Shown here: positions 39,657-49,997 of the stretch, one piece after another
Layout: each line of letters opens with the position of its first letter
Numbering within the stretch: the stretch's first letter is position 1
Assembly (NCBI GenBank): GCA_034669905.1
Contig: JAXMOL010000026.1
Location: 34,612-98,611, forward strand
Reading direction: 5' to 3'
Length of the DNA: 64,000 bases
From: Candidatus Hydrogenedentota bacterium
GTDB taxonomy: Bacteria > Hydrogenedentota > Hydrogenedentia > Hydrogenedentales > JAEUWI01
Made by a program: the position numbers and the translations under genes
Notes under the pieces: model-generated
Seen by the model: the letters and a program-made list of their open reading frames with translations, nothing else
The model's database searches: none
Told to the model about the DNA's origin: nothing

Positions 39657-41396
39657 ATGACGTACCGATACCTGGCACACGGCCTGCGCCTGACGCTTTG
39701 CGCCGCGCTCATCGTGGTGACGTGCCCAAGCACGTGGGCCGAAGACGCCAAACCGGCGGTCGACGCGACGATTTCGAATCTGATGAAGCAGGACCCCGCG
39801 GCCCTGGTGGAAAAGATTAAGGCCATGAAAGCGGCCTCGTCCAAACAGGACGCCGAAGCCGCGGCCCTGCGGGCAAAGTCCACCGAACTGACCCAGAAGG
39901 CGACCGCGCTGGAAGGGCAAATCAATAAGCTCGTCGAGCACGTGAAAGTCCTGAGTGAGAAGTTTCAGGTAGGGCCCGTCGCCGGTGCTGCGATGGCCGA
40001 TGGGGCGGCTCCCATGAAGGCTGCGGCACCCGCCGAAAAGCCTGCGGTGGCCCTCACCAATTTCGCCGACCACGTGATGCCCATTTTTCAGGCCCGTTGT
40101 ATGAAATGTCACAACGCGGACAAGGCCAAGAGCGGCCTCAATCTGGCCACCTTCGCCACCACCATGGAAGGGGGCAGTGGCGGCCCTTCGATTGTTCCGG
40201 GTGATCCGAGTGGCAGTCGTTTGCTCGCCCTGATTACCCAGGCCGAAGAACCTTTCATGCCCCCCTCAGGTGATCCGCTGACCGCCGAACAGATTGAAAC
40301 GGTTCGTAAATGGATCGCCGATGGCGCGCCGGCCGACAGCAAATCCAAGGGTATGGCAAAGAAAGAAGTGAAAAAAGCAGAGGGCGAAGCCTTCGTCGCC
40401 GCTTCCTTTGATGGCCCGCCGCCCATGCCGGAAGTGGAACTGGCGAAGCCCCATGCCCTCCCCGGTCGTGGCGTCGTTGCCCGTGCCGTAGATACCAGCC
40501 CCCGCTCGCCCCTCATGGCCGTTGGTGGGGACCGTCAGGTCTTGCTTTACCAGACCGACACCAATGAAATCCTGGGAGCCTTGCCGTTCCCCGAAGGCGA
40601 TGTCTTCACGTTGACCTTCAGTGTGAATGGGGAATTGCTTCTTGCCGGTGGTGGCCAGGAAGGGGACACGGGAATCAGTGTCCTCTGGAACATCAAAACG
40701 GGTGAACGGATGGGCACCTACGGGCAGTACTATGATACGGTGCTGGCTGCGGATATCAGCCCGGATCACCGCATGATCGCCCTAGGTGGCCCCAATAAGA
40801 AAGTGCGCGTTTACTCGACCGAAACCGGCGAGGAACTGTACAAGCTCGACAAGCACAACGATTGGATTCACGCAGTAAAATTCACTCCCGATGGCGAAAT
40901 CCTCACTACAGCGGATCGGGCCGGCGGCATGTTTATCTGGCAGGCGGCCAATGGCCGGGAAGTGGAGCAATTGCGGGGTCACACGGGCGCTATCCACGCC
41001 CTGGCCTACACGCCCGATTCCAACATCCTCGCGTCCGCGGGTGAAGATGGCACCGTGCAATTGTGGGACACGTGGAAGTACAAGCGGGTCCGCAGTATCA
41101 AGGCCCACAGCAAGGCCGCGCTCTACGTGGATATCAGCGCAGACAGCCGCATAATTTCCTCCGGTGCGGATCGCCAGACGAAAATCTGGGGGCTGGACGG
41201 CAAAGAGCAGAAGGCCTTCAAAGACGGTGGTGATTGGGTCTATGCGGCCTGCTTCGGTCAAAACAACCGGATCGTCGGTGGTACCTGGTCGGGCAATATC
41301 ATCCTGTGGGATGGTGAGTCCGGCGAAGCGGTGGCCGAGTTGAGCACCAACCCCACCGCAGAGCAGATGGCTAAGAACGAAGCCGCAGCCCAGTAA
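39657..41396 (+). CDS. Planctomycete cytochrome c domain + WD40 repeat protein
   Basis: Signal peptide, coiled coil, PIFQARCMKCH...MPP...WIADGA, then WD40 repeats (GHTGAIHALAY...LWD). Confidence 0.88.
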   Translation: MTYRYLAHGLRLTLCAALIVVTCPSTWAEDAKPAVDATISNLMKQDPAALVEKIKAMKAASSKQDAEAAALRAKSTELTQKATALEGQINKLVEHVKVLSEKFQVGPVAGAAMADGAAPMKAAAPAEKPAVALTNFADHVMPIFQARCMKCHNADKAKSGLNLATFATTMEGGSGGPSIVPGDPSGSRLLALITQAEEPFMPPSGDPLTAEQIETVRKWIADGAPADSKSKGMAKKEVKKAEGEAFVAASFDGPPPMPEVELAKPHALPGRGVVARAVDTSPRSPLMAVGGDRQVLLYQTDTNEILGALPFPEGDVFTLTFSVNGELLLAGGGQEGDTGISVLWNIKTGERMGTYGQYYDTVLAADISPDHRMIALGGPNKKVRVYSTETGEELYKLDKHNDWIHAVKFTPDGEILTTADRAGGMFIWQAANGREVEQLRGHTGAIHALAYTPDSNILASAGEDGTVQLWDTWKYKRVRSIKAHSKAALYVDISADSRIISSGADRQTKIWGLDGKEQKAFKDGGDWVYAACFGQNNRIVGGTWSGNIILWDGESGEAVAELSTNPTAEQMAKNEAAAQ

Positions 41397-41444
41397 CTCG
41401 TTCGTTCGGGTGCATCTGCGCTTAGCAATCGCCCCCGCTAAACC

Positions 41445-41491
41445 AAAAAAATAACCCGGTGACTTCATGGTAAGAAGTCACCGGGTTTTTT
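41445..41491. terminator. Bidirectional terminator
   Basis: A tract, aacccggtgacttc/gaagtcaccgggtt stem, T tract; between convergent genes. Confidence 0.85.
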
Positions 41492-41517
41492 GTGTTGCGT
41501 CGTGTCCTCAGGCCAAC

Positions 41518-41895
41518 CTACTCGGCGGCCTCGGCCCCGCAGCCACAGGCTTCGTTGCCGGCCTGCACCGCGTCCAGCACCCAGGAGGAAAGGATCGCCA
41601 TGGTGTACTTGCCACCATGATCGGCCTTTAGTCCGAGGTAAAAGCGCGCGCTATCGTCGGCCGGGATGCACCAGGCGACCCGTGCCGGAAAGGAAAGCTG
41701 CTGGTTGTCCAGCGCCACCGGCACCTGCACCAGGGTCTGGGGCCGAATGTAGCGCCCCAGCGACATGCGGAGGCCTCCATAACTCACATCACAGAGCTTG
41801 GCACGGTTGAGGGTGCCACTGCCATCATAAAACTGGACCGTGCCATCGGTTGTTACCCGGGTGAATCGCCGGGTTTCTTTTTCTACGGTATTCAT
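41518..41895 (-). CDS. PilZ domain protein (c-di-GMP receptor)
   Basis: RxxxR (RRFTR) and DxSxxG (DVSYGG). Confidence 0.8.
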   Translation of the reverse strand: MNTVEKETRRFTRVTTDGTVQFYDGSGTLNRAKLCDVSYGGLRMSLGRYIRPQTLVQVPVALDNQQLSFPARVAWCIPADDSARFYLGLKADHGGKYTMAILSSWVLDAVQAGNEACGCGAEAAE

Positions 41896-42159
41896 CTTCG
41901 TACTTTCTATCGGGGCCCGCCTGGCCCCACCCTAAATATCAGGACTATGCATACGTTGTGCAGGGAATCCGACTGCCCGGGCTTTCATATATATCCTGTT
42001 CGGGCGGTCTCTGGTGTCAGCGCTTGCGCTTTTGTGGCGACCTCGTCGACTTCCTGCCTATAGGGTGGTCCTGTTGCACCCGTCTGTTACCCCATTGGAC
42101 CCCAAATTACAAAACCGGTTCGGGTAGCGGCTTCGGATGCGCCCTGCCACGTACTACAT

Positions 42160-42191
42160 AAAAAACGCCAACATGCGGGTGCATGTTGACG
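42160..42191 (-). terminator. Rho-independent terminator
   Basis: Minus strand cgtcaacatgc/gcatgttggcg followed by T6. Confidence 0.75.
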
Positions 42192-42222
42192 CGTGGACCT
42201 ATTATGTTGGGTGGGGCAGGAA

Positions 42223-42768
42223 TCAGCCGTAGGCAATCATGATCGTGGTCTTGCCATCGTCACTGCCCAGGGTGTAGCTGAGGGTCTTTTCCCCTTTGCT
42301 CAACGTCATCATTTCCATCGAGCCCGGCTGGGAGATGTTTTGCACGGTCTCCCATCCCTGGGCCGTCGCCTTGCTCTTCAGCGTGGCCGCCAATTCCGCC
42401 ATGGCCGCGTCCGTGGTGCCATGGAGCATCAGTTGGTCTTTCTCGCCCGTTCCGCTCTGGACCAGGTTCCACGTAACCCCATCCGGGATATATACATCGT
42501 CGGGCAGTTTTTCGGGCAGGGCGACATTTTCGCCGGCCTGCATGTTCACGGCGTTTTCGCCGTCACCCGCCTGGATAGAGAAGGTACCATTCTCGGAGTT
42601 GAGATCGACGGAGGCATTGCCACCCGTTTCATTTTCAATGGCCGTTTCTGCCAGTTTTTCGGCGGTCATTTCCGCCGCCTTGCCACAGCCTGGCAAGACG
42701 CTGGCCGAGGCCAAGAGCACCAGGGCGGGTGTCGCTCCGATGAGGTAAGTACGTACGTTGTTCCACAT
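42223..42768 (-). CDS. Hypothetical lipoprotein
   Basis: Lipobox VLPGC; LPEKLPDDVYIP motif; start set at MWNNVR. Confidence 0.7.
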   Translation of the reverse strand: MWNNVRTYLIGATPALVLLASASVLPGCGKAAEMTAEKLAETAIENETGGNASVDLNSENGTFSIQAGDGENAVNMQAGENVALPEKLPDDVYIPDGVTWNLVQSGTGEKDQLMLHGTTDAAMAELAATLKSKATAQGWETVQNISQPGSMEMMTLSKGEKTLSYTLGSDDGKTTIMIAYG

Positions 42769-42811
42769 TTCTGCTTTCTCCCGTGTTTTCGTGCCCCAAT
42801 GGGCGCCAGAA

Positions 42812-43144
42812 TCAGCCTTCGCCCAGCTCGCCAATATAGACATTGGGTGCGCCGGTTACATCAATTTGAATCTGTTGTCCTTCGGTCGTCACCCGAATGT
42901 TTTTCACATCAAAATCATCTGGCAACAGCGCAATGGACTCCACATTGTCCCGGGGGATGACGGCCGCGCTGCGATGGGCATCAATCTGCACGTGGTTGGG
43001 CTGGTTGCGTGCAATCATGAGTCCGGTCGCTTCCATGGCAATCCAGAAGTCGTTAAACGCCGTGACCTTGCCCACGTAATTCATGGGCCGTTGTTCGTGG
43101 TAGTGCCGCTTCAGTTTAATGCGGACGATGCGATCTTTAATCAT
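42812..43144 (-). CDS. Hypothetical protein, possible Sm/Hfq-like beta fold
   Basis: RBS AAGGA; host-like codon use; YVGKVTAFNDFWIAM and VIPRDNVESI resemble Sm1/Sm2 motifs. Confidence 0.55.
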   Translation of the reverse strand: MIKDRIVRIKLKRHYHEQRPMNYVGKVTAFNDFWIAMEATGLMIARNQPNHVQIDAHRSAAVIPRDNVESIALLPDDFDVKNIRVTTEGQQIQIDVTGAPNVYIGELGEG

Positions 43145-43217
43145 CTTGGTATTCCTTCCTGTCGAGTGGCCCGTTGCGTATTCAGCGGGTCGACGACGAT
43201 AAACCCCATGGTATCAA

Positions 43218-46200
43218 TTAATCACGCCAGTAGGCGCGCTTATAGGCTTCCATACGCTTTTCGAGTACGGCCAGCGCCGCGTCCTCCGCCCGCGCCGCTT
43301 CCTCTTCTGTCAAGGTGGCTTCCGGGTAATCGCTCATGTCGGTGGAGAAGGCGTGAAGTATCATCGGCGAAACAGGCGGCTCGGTAATGGTGGCCAGCTG
43401 GAGGCCATCGGGGCTGAAGGCCACCTGGGTTGGCCGCGCCACTTCCACATCCGCCAACACCGCCGCTTCCTGCAGGGTGGTGATCAGCGTGCCATTCTTC
43501 ACATCCCAGATCTTAAAGCTCCGGTCGAAGCTACCCGTAACCAACCGGTTCCCGTCGGGGCTGAAGGCCATGTCGTCAATGCTGCCCGTGTGGCCCCGGA
43601 GGGCGAGGGGCGCGGTGACAGCTTGACCATCATAATGCCACAAGGCCGTTCGTCCCTGTTTGTCACCCGTGGCGAGTTGGGACCCGCCGGGAGAGAGGGC
43701 CATGCTCACGATGCCGGCCTGGTGGACCTCGGAGCCATCTTCATAGGTGAAGGCGGGTTCCGAAAGGGTGCCTGCAGTCGTGTCCCAGATGGAAACGCTG
43801 CCGTGGTCAATGCCCCGACCATCGGCGTTCAGATCTTCCCGAGCGAGCAGCAGGGTGGCGGGGGCATCCGTGAAGAAGCCCCGGAGTCCTGCGACGCCTT
43901 CGATAGAAACGCTGGCAAGCTCGGAGCCGTCCGTGAGATTGCGAAGCACGGCCTGGAAGGGGCTGTCGGCCTTCTGAAGGCAGATAACCACCCGGTCGCC
44001 CTCAGGGGAAACGCGGTAGTTGGGCGTGTTCCGGGGGTTCAGCTCGCCAAGCAGGCCCTCGCCGAGTAGGGGGGTAAAACTTGCTGCCTCTCGATTGAAT
44101 TGAACCAGTTCCTTACCCGACGCAATGAGAAGTTGGGTGTCTCCCAACACAAAGTCGATGGCGTCGCTGCCCTGGAGGCCCGTGGCTACCTGATGAATCA
44201 GTTCCCCGGTGGTCACGTCCCAGATGCGCAGGGTCTCGGCATCCCCTTCGGCGCCAATAGAGGCCACCAGGGAGCCGCTGGCGTTCAGCGCAATCGCTTT
44301 GGCGGCCTGATCGTGGGCTTCGAGCACATGGAGACGACGGCCCGTGCGGCCCTGCCAGATCACGAGACCCGCGTCGGACGTGCCCGCGATGACATCGCCT
44401 TCCGCACTGTACGTGGCCATGCGGAAGCCCGGTAGCTCAATCGGGGCAAAGTCGAGGTCGGACCGGAGGTCCCAGACCTTGGCCGCGCTCTTGCCGATAT
44501 CGTCGTCGGAACTGGCAAGGTATTGGTCGTCAGGACTGAAGGCCACCGTGAAGATGTTGGCCCCATGGCCCCGGTAGGTCTTGAGGGGAAGCAAGTCGGG
44601 GACCGACCAGAGGCGGACGGTGCGGTCATCGCCCACGGTGGCGAGGCGGCTGCCGTCGTGGCTGAAGCGCACCGACCGGATTTCGTCTTCGTGGGCCTTG
44701 GCGATGGCGCTCACGAGCTTGCCTTCGCTGGTGCAGACCAGTAGGCCGCCTTCTTTTTCACCGGCGGCCACGAGGCTTCCGTCAGGGCTGAAGCGCACCA
44801 CGTCGGGGTGGCCAAACTTGACGCCCGTCATGGCTTCGCCGCGCCAATCGCCCGTGTTGATGTCCCAGAGGGCCAGGCGATCATCCATGCCGAAGGCCAG
44901 CAGGTCGTTGGCCGGGCCAAAGGCGGCGGCGTGAATAGAGAGGATACTGTCTTTCGGCAACAAGGCGTTCTTGATGAGTTCACCCGACGGAACGGCGAAG
45001 ACCTGAAAGCGCCGCTCGATGCCTTCGTCGCCGAAGACTTCCCGGACTACGAGCAGGTGGGAGCCATCGGGACTGAAGTAGAGCCCGAAGCCCCGGGCCG
45101 TGACGCAATCTTCAATCGCGAAGATGACCTCGCCGGTGTTCACGTCCCAGACCCGGGTCGTTTTGTCACTGTTGAGGGCTGCCACGAAGTTGCCGTCGGG
45201 GGACAGGTCCAGGAAGGTACGGCTTCCGTTCGCTGACTGGGCTTCTTCAAAATTAACCCGTACTTCCTGGGTAGCCACATCCCAGACCTGCACGGCCTCG
45301 TCGCTGCGGAGGGCCACACGGGCCCCATCGGCACTCGCCGCAATGGCGGCACCGTTTCCGCTCTGGAACGCAAACTCGTGGGTCATTTCGCCCGTGTGTA
45401 CATCGTGAAGCGAGAGGGAGCCCCGGGCGGTGCCTATCAGCAGCCCATTGCCGCCATCGGTAAAGGCGGTAAACTTGCCGCCCCGATCAAAGGTAATCAG
45501 GTCGGCGTGGGCGACGGCCTGAAAGTGGCCCCATTCCCATTGGCGCAATTCTTCGGGTTGGCAATCTGCGAGGAGTTCCCGGGCTTTGTCCATCTGCTGG
45601 TCATTGATATTGAATCGGGTGTTGGCAATGCTCGCGTAGTAGAAATCCTGCTGGGCCTGATCGCGGGCCAACTCCGCTTCTACTTCGGCTTTCTCGGCGG
45701 CCACACGGGCCACTTCTTCGGCCTGCTGGGCGACAACCGCCTCATCCCGTGCCGCTTCGGCAGCATTCTTCTGGAAGGTGATATTGATGTTGTAAAAGAT
45801 GCCGAAGCCCAGGGCCGAAAGGAGGAAGACCGAGACGACCGCCAGCGATTTCTTATGCTTCTTTACAAAGCGGCGAATCAATTCGCTCAGCTTGTAGTCA
45901 TAGGCATCCACCATACCGCCGGAAAGATACTTCTGGATATCGTCGGTCAGTTCTTTGGCCGACTGATAGCGGTTCTCCGGGATGAGGGCCATGGCCTTGC
46001 TGCAGATGGCCGCCAACTCGGGGCGCACATCGGGCTCGAGCATGCGGACGGGCTTGGGCTCCACGTGGCCCACTTTCTCCATGAATTCCCGCACGTTGTT
46101 TCCCGCGTAGGGCATTTTACCGGTGAGGATGGTGTAGAGCACGGCACCCAGGGAGTAGATGTCGGAGCGCTCGTCGATGAGGTCGGTGCGGCCCATGGCC

Positions 46201-47492
46201 TGCTCGGCGGGCATGAAATAGGGGGAACCAATGGTCTGGCCATACATGGTCTTGGCCGTGGCCTCGGCACTGCTCACCCGCATGGCCGTTACCGTTTCCT
46301 GGAGGCCCTTGGCGTGGATGTCGTCTTCACCCCGGACCTTGGCAATACCCCAGTCGATGACCACCGTTTCACCGAACTCGCCGATCATAAGGTTCATGGG
46401 CTTGAGGTCGCGGTGGATGACGCCCCGGCTGTGGGCGTAGCTGATGGCCTGGCACAAGTCGAGGAAGTGGGTCAGCAAAGGCAGGCGGTCGTTGAGGGTC
46501 TTGCACTCTTTCAAGAAGTCGTGCATGGACTGACCGCGCACGAGCTTCATGGTGTAATAAAGACTGCCGTCGGCCCGATAGCCCAGCTCATAGACCGGGA
46601 TGATCGACGGATGCTCCAACTGTCCCGTGATGCGTGCTTCCTGGAGAAAGCGGGCAATAATCGGAATCGTGAGAATGGCGGTCGTGGGCGCACCGGCCTG
46701 GGTGCCGGGTAAGATATGTTGTTGCAACAGTTGCTTGAGGGCCACATCGCGGCCCAGGTGGGTGTCGTGCACCAGCGTAATCTGGCCCATGCCGCCCTTG
46801 GCGAATTCGCGGACCGTTTCATAGCGGCCTTCGTGTTCGGCCACGGCCGGCACAATCTCGGACTCGTCGAGCTCGGCGGCTGCCTGCACCGGCGACATGA
46901 TCTGGGTGCCTACGCTGCCGATGGACTCGAAAAAGGAGTCGGGGGCATCTTCCCCGACGATATCGCCCACGCTCCCCCGGTCACTCGTGTTACCCGATTT
47001 GGTCATACGGGTCCGGGCAGGGTCTTCGTCACTGTCTTCCAGCAACGAATCGAGCAAGGGCTCGCCGCCCGCCAGGGTATCGGGTGGGGGGGCATCCCCC
47101 AGGAAGGAGTCGGCTTCCGAAAAATCACCCAGGATGGAGTCTACCGGCCCATCTCCTGCGGAACTGTCTGCCGGGGTCTGGCTGCTCTTCTCAAAGGCTG
47201 CCACGAATTCGTCCATCGAATCTACCACACTGGCCAGCTTCTCCGGATCGCCTCCCAGGGCCTGAAGGGTCGCCGAAGCGTCACCCTCATGGTCGGCGAG
47301 AGACATCTCGACCAGACTGTCAATTTGCTCTCGGTCGGCCGCAGAGAGCAGGCCTTCCTCGACCAGGCTATTGCCCAAATCGGCCTGGGAGTTGGTCTGG
47401 GTGCGCCGCGCCACCTCGGAGAGTTTGTCGGGGCGTACCTTTTTCATAGATACGGCCAACAAGCCAAATAACAGACTACGGTCCTTCTTCAT
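43218..47492 (-). CDS. Membrane Hanks-type Ser/Thr protein kinase with C-terminal WD40 beta-propellers
   Basis: KGGMG, VALK, HRDLKPMN, DWG, DIYSLG; TM helix LAVVSVFLLSALGFGIFY; many WD40 repeats. Confidence 0.92.
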   Translation of the reverse strand: MKKDRSLLFGLLAVSMKKVRPDKLSEVARRTQTNSQADLGNSLVEEGLLSAADREQIDSLVEMSLADHEGDASATLQALGGDPEKLASVVDSMDEFVAAFEKSSQTPADSSAGDGPVDSILGDFSEADSFLGDAPPPDTLAGGEPLLDSLLEDSDEDPARTRMTKSGNTSDRGSVGDIVGEDAPDSFFESIGSVGTQIMSPVQAAAELDESEIVPAVAEHEGRYETVREFAKGGMGQITLVHDTHLGRDVALKQLLQQHILPGTQAGAPTTAILTIPIIARFLQEARITGQLEHPSIIPVYELGYRADGSLYYTMKLVRGQSMHDFLKECKTLNDRLPLLTHFLDLCQAISYAHSRGVIHRDLKPMNLMIGEFGETVVIDWGIAKVRGEDDIHAKGLQETVTAMRVSSAEATAKTMYGQTIGSPYFMPAEQAMGRTDLIDERSDIYSLGAVLYTILTGKMPYAGNNVREFMEKVGHVEPKPVRMLEPDVRPELAAICSKAMALIPENRYQSAKELTDDIQKYLSGGMVDAYDYKLSELIRRFVKKHKKSLAVVSVFLLSALGFGIFYNINITFQKNAAEAARDEAVVAQQAEEVARVAAEKAEVEAELARDQAQQDFYYASIANTRFNINDQQMDKARELLADCQPEELRQWEWGHFQAVAHADLITFDRGGKFTAFTDGGNGLLIGTARGSLSLHDVHTGEMTHEFAFQSGNGAAIAASADGARVALRSDEAVQVWDVATQEVRVNFEEAQSANGSRTFLDLSPDGNFVAALNSDKTTRVWDVNTGEVIFAIEDCVTARGFGLYFSPDGSHLLVVREVFGDEGIERRFQVFAVPSGELIKNALLPKDSILSIHAAAFGPANDLLAFGMDDRLALWDINTGDWRGEAMTGVKFGHPDVVRFSPDGSLVAAGEKEGGLLVCTSEGKLVSAIAKAHEDEIRSVRFSHDGSRLATVGDDRTVRLWSVPDLLPLKTYRGHGANIFTVAFSPDDQYLASSDDDIGKSAAKVWDLRSDLDFAPIELPGFRMATYSAEGDVIAGTSDAGLVIWQGRTGRRLHVLEAHDQAAKAIALNASGSLVASIGAEGDAETLRIWDVTTGELIHQVATGLQGSDAIDFVLGDTQLLIASGKELVQFNREAASFTPLLGEGLLGELNPRNTPNYRVSPEGDRVVICLQKADSPFQAVLRNLTDGSELASVSIEGVAGLRGFFTDAPATLLLAREDLNADGRGIDHGSVSIWDTTAGTLSEPAFTYEDGSEVHQAGIVSMALSPGGSQLATGDKQGRTALWHYDGQAVTAPLALRGHTGSIDDMAFSPDGNRLVTGSFDRSFKIWDVKNGTLITTLQEAAVLADVEVARPTQVAFSPDGLQLATITEPPVSPMILHAFSTDMSDYPEATLTEEEAARAEDAALAVLEKRMEAYKRAYWRD

Positions 47493-47912
47493 GGAATTCC
47501 TCCCGGCGCGTTATGATGGAAAGGCTACGGCGCTTCAAGGTGATTTTGGGGGAGAACACCGGGATATGTCAACAGTTTCACGCCACATGCCACGGGTCCC
47601 GGGATAGAAAGCTCTTGACAGCAGGATGTGTTTAGGATAATACCATGTTTACTGAGTAATGCAAGATCGGATATGCTTCCAAAGGCCGCCGTTGGCTGTG
47701 CATGGGAGATATGGGGGGCGGAGTGCGGCGTAGAGACAGGTGTGGGCGATAATTCCGAGGCCGTAAGGGCATGGTCGGCACGAGTCCCCTGCCTTTCTAC
47801 TTGTTTTCAGGTAGAATGTAAGGGAACAATGGCAGCGTAGGTCCGCATTATCTGTTTACAGTGGACATCGGTTATGTTAAGATTAGCGGTATTAGGGAAG
47901 GTGGGAAGATGC

Positions 47913-49997
47913 ATGCATAAGAAAATTCTGACTATCATCGCGCTCGGTGCGATTTTCGTTGGCTGCGCCGCCGAACAAGAGGCGCGGGTCGGTGAAGATG
48001 GCAAAACCTATGGCACAACCGAGGGGACCTTTCGCGGTCGCTGGTGGAGCTATGCCGAGCGGGGCAGTTCTTATCTCTCGGGAAAGATGTATGCCGAGGC
48101 CAAGGAAGATCTGCTGAAAGCCCTCGACGGCCGTTCAACGGACAGCTGGCGTGCCCGCACCTATGGCCTGCACTTTGTTGAGTACTTCCCCAACCGCGAA
48201 CTGGGTGTGGTGGAGTTTCATCTTGGTAATCTGGAGGCGGCTGAAGCGTCGCTGAAAAAGTCGCTGGAGGCGGTGGATACCGAGCGTGCCCACTACTACC
48301 TGGATCTGGTGCGTCGCGAACAGATTGCCAAGGGGGCCGTTTCCGATACGACGGAGCCGGAACTGAACACCAACGTTGAGCCGGGGCGTATCCTCGCTTC
48401 TCGCGAACTTGATTTCGAAGTGGACACGACGGACGACGTGGGCGTTGCCGAGCTTACGGTTAATGGGAAAGAGGTGTACCAGCGTGGTGCCTCGGAAGCC
48501 AACGAAAAGCTGGCCGCGAAAGAGGAAGTTATCCTTAACGAGGGTACCCACAAGATAGAAGTCGCCGCCCGTGACCTGTCTGAAAAGGTGGTTAAGAAGG
48601 AAGTCGAAGTGGTGGTTGACCTAACAGGCCCCACCATCGGTGTCTTTTCGCCCATCGAGCCCACCGTCACCGAACATGGCACTGTCGTCCTGGAAGGGGC
48701 AACGGTTGACAAGAATGGTGTCGTTTCCGTGGCCGTCGATCAGGGGTTGGTCGCTGAGTCCACGGGCACAAAGAAACTGCCCTTTGACACCGAGCTGCCC
48801 CTGGCCGCCGGTGAGAATACCTTTGTGGTGGCCGCCCGCGACGTGGCCGGTAATGAGACCCGTTCCGCCATCAAGGTCTTCCAGGGAGACCCCGATTCTG
48901 CCGAAGCGAAATTGTGGCTCCTTCAGCAAAAGTATCCGGAGCGCATGAAGTTGGCCAGCGCGGGTCTGCCCGTAATGAGCCTCACCTTTGGTGTGGATGA
49001 AGCCACCCCGGGTGAAATTCGGTTGAAATCTCCCCAGGCCGATCGGCCCTATCGCCACAACCGCACCCTGCGGGTTTCCGGCGAAGTGGTGACCCAGACC
49101 AAGGTGACCTCTCTGAAGATCAATGGCGAGCCCTTCGACGAGTTGACGGGAGCGCCCAAGGAAAGCTTTAACCGCCGTTTGCCGATTGATGCCACCGAAG
49201 ATGGCAACACCCAGGTAGCGGTTAACATCGAAGCCACCGACGAAAACGGAAAAGTCTACTCGCAAGACTTCAATGTCGATGTGCGCCCGGTGGAGCTGAA
49301 TACGAAAGAGTCCCGGATGCCGGTGGCCGTCCTGGCCTTTGCGGGTTCCAACGTGGACACCAGCGTGACGGACTACCTCCGCCTCACGACCGAAGCCCAG
49401 GTCTTGGGCGAGGGCCGTTTCCGGGTGGTAGACCGGACGCGCCTGCAGGATGTCTTGACGGAGCAACAGTTGGCCGCTGCCTTGGCAGACCCCAACGAAG
49501 CCCTGTCGCTGGGTAAGCTCACCAACGCCCAGGTCTTTATTGTGGCCGATGTATTCACCCATGATCAGGCCGGTCTCGAGATTAAGGCCCGGGCCATCAA
49601 TGCTGAAACGTCGGATCTCATCGCCACCTTGGATGCCTTTGTGGACGACAAGGAAGACCGCGCCAAAGTGGAGGCGGCCTGTCGGGGTCTTGCCCTCCAG
49701 CTTGCGGAACGCTATCCCCGCCTTTCCGGCGAAGTTCGCTCAGTGCGGGGTGACAGTGTGCTGATCGATTGGACCAAAGAAGACGGTGTTCAGGAAGGGG
49801 CCTATTTCCTCTTCGTGCAGGAACAGGAACCGTGGATTGATGAAGACACGGGCGAAGTGCTGGAGCCCGGCGAATTCGTCCCGGTTGGCCGTGGTAAAGT
49901 GCTCAGTTTCCTGAGTAGCGGCGTCAAAGCCCAGACAGTAGACAGCGGAGAGGAGGGCGTTACCCTTGAGAAAGGCATGCCTGCAATTACTATGTAG
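47913..49997 (+). CDS. Lipoprotein with TPR-like, Ig-like repeats and a CsgG/TolB-N-like domain
   Basis: Lipobox FVGC; helical TPR-like region; Ig-like L..G.N/H...V.ARD.. repeats; VAVLAF...RFRVVDRTRLQDVLTEQQL...LGKLTNAQ. Confidence 0.7.
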   Translation: MHKKILTIIALGAIFVGCAAEQEARVGEDGKTYGTTEGTFRGRWWSYAERGSSYLSGKMYAEAKEDLLKALDGRSTDSWRARTYGLHFVEYFPNRELGVVEFHLGNLEAAEASLKKSLEAVDTERAHYYLDLVRREQIAKGAVSDTTEPELNTNVEPGRILASRELDFEVDTTDDVGVAELTVNGKEVYQRGASEANEKLAAKEEVILNEGTHKIEVAARDLSEKVVKKEVEVVVDLTGPTIGVFSPIEPTVTEHGTVVLEGATVDKNGVVSVAVDQGLVAESTGTKKLPFDTELPLAAGENTFVVAARDVAGNETRSAIKVFQGDPDSAEAKLWLLQQKYPERMKLASAGLPVMSLTFGVDEATPGEIRLKSPQADRPYRHNRTLRVSGEVVTQTKVTSLKINGEPFDELTGAPKESFNRRLPIDATEDGNTQVAVNIEATDENGKVYSQDFNVDVRPVELNTKESRMPVAVLAFAGSNVDTSVTDYLRLTTEAQVLGEGRFRVVDRTRLQDVLTEQQLAAALADPNEALSLGKLTNAQVFIVADVFTHDQAGLEIKARAINAETSDLIATLDAFVDDKEDRAKVEAACRGLALQLAERYPRLSGEVRSVRGDSVLIDWTKEDGVQEGAYFLFVQEQEPWIDEDTGEVLEPGEFVPVGRGKVLSFLSSGVKAQTVDSGEEGVTLEKGMPAITM

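Noticed and set aside
47615..47641. TTGACA promoter upstream of the lipoprotein gene
   Set aside because: The best -10 (GATAAT) sits at a 15-nt spacer; not supported well enough
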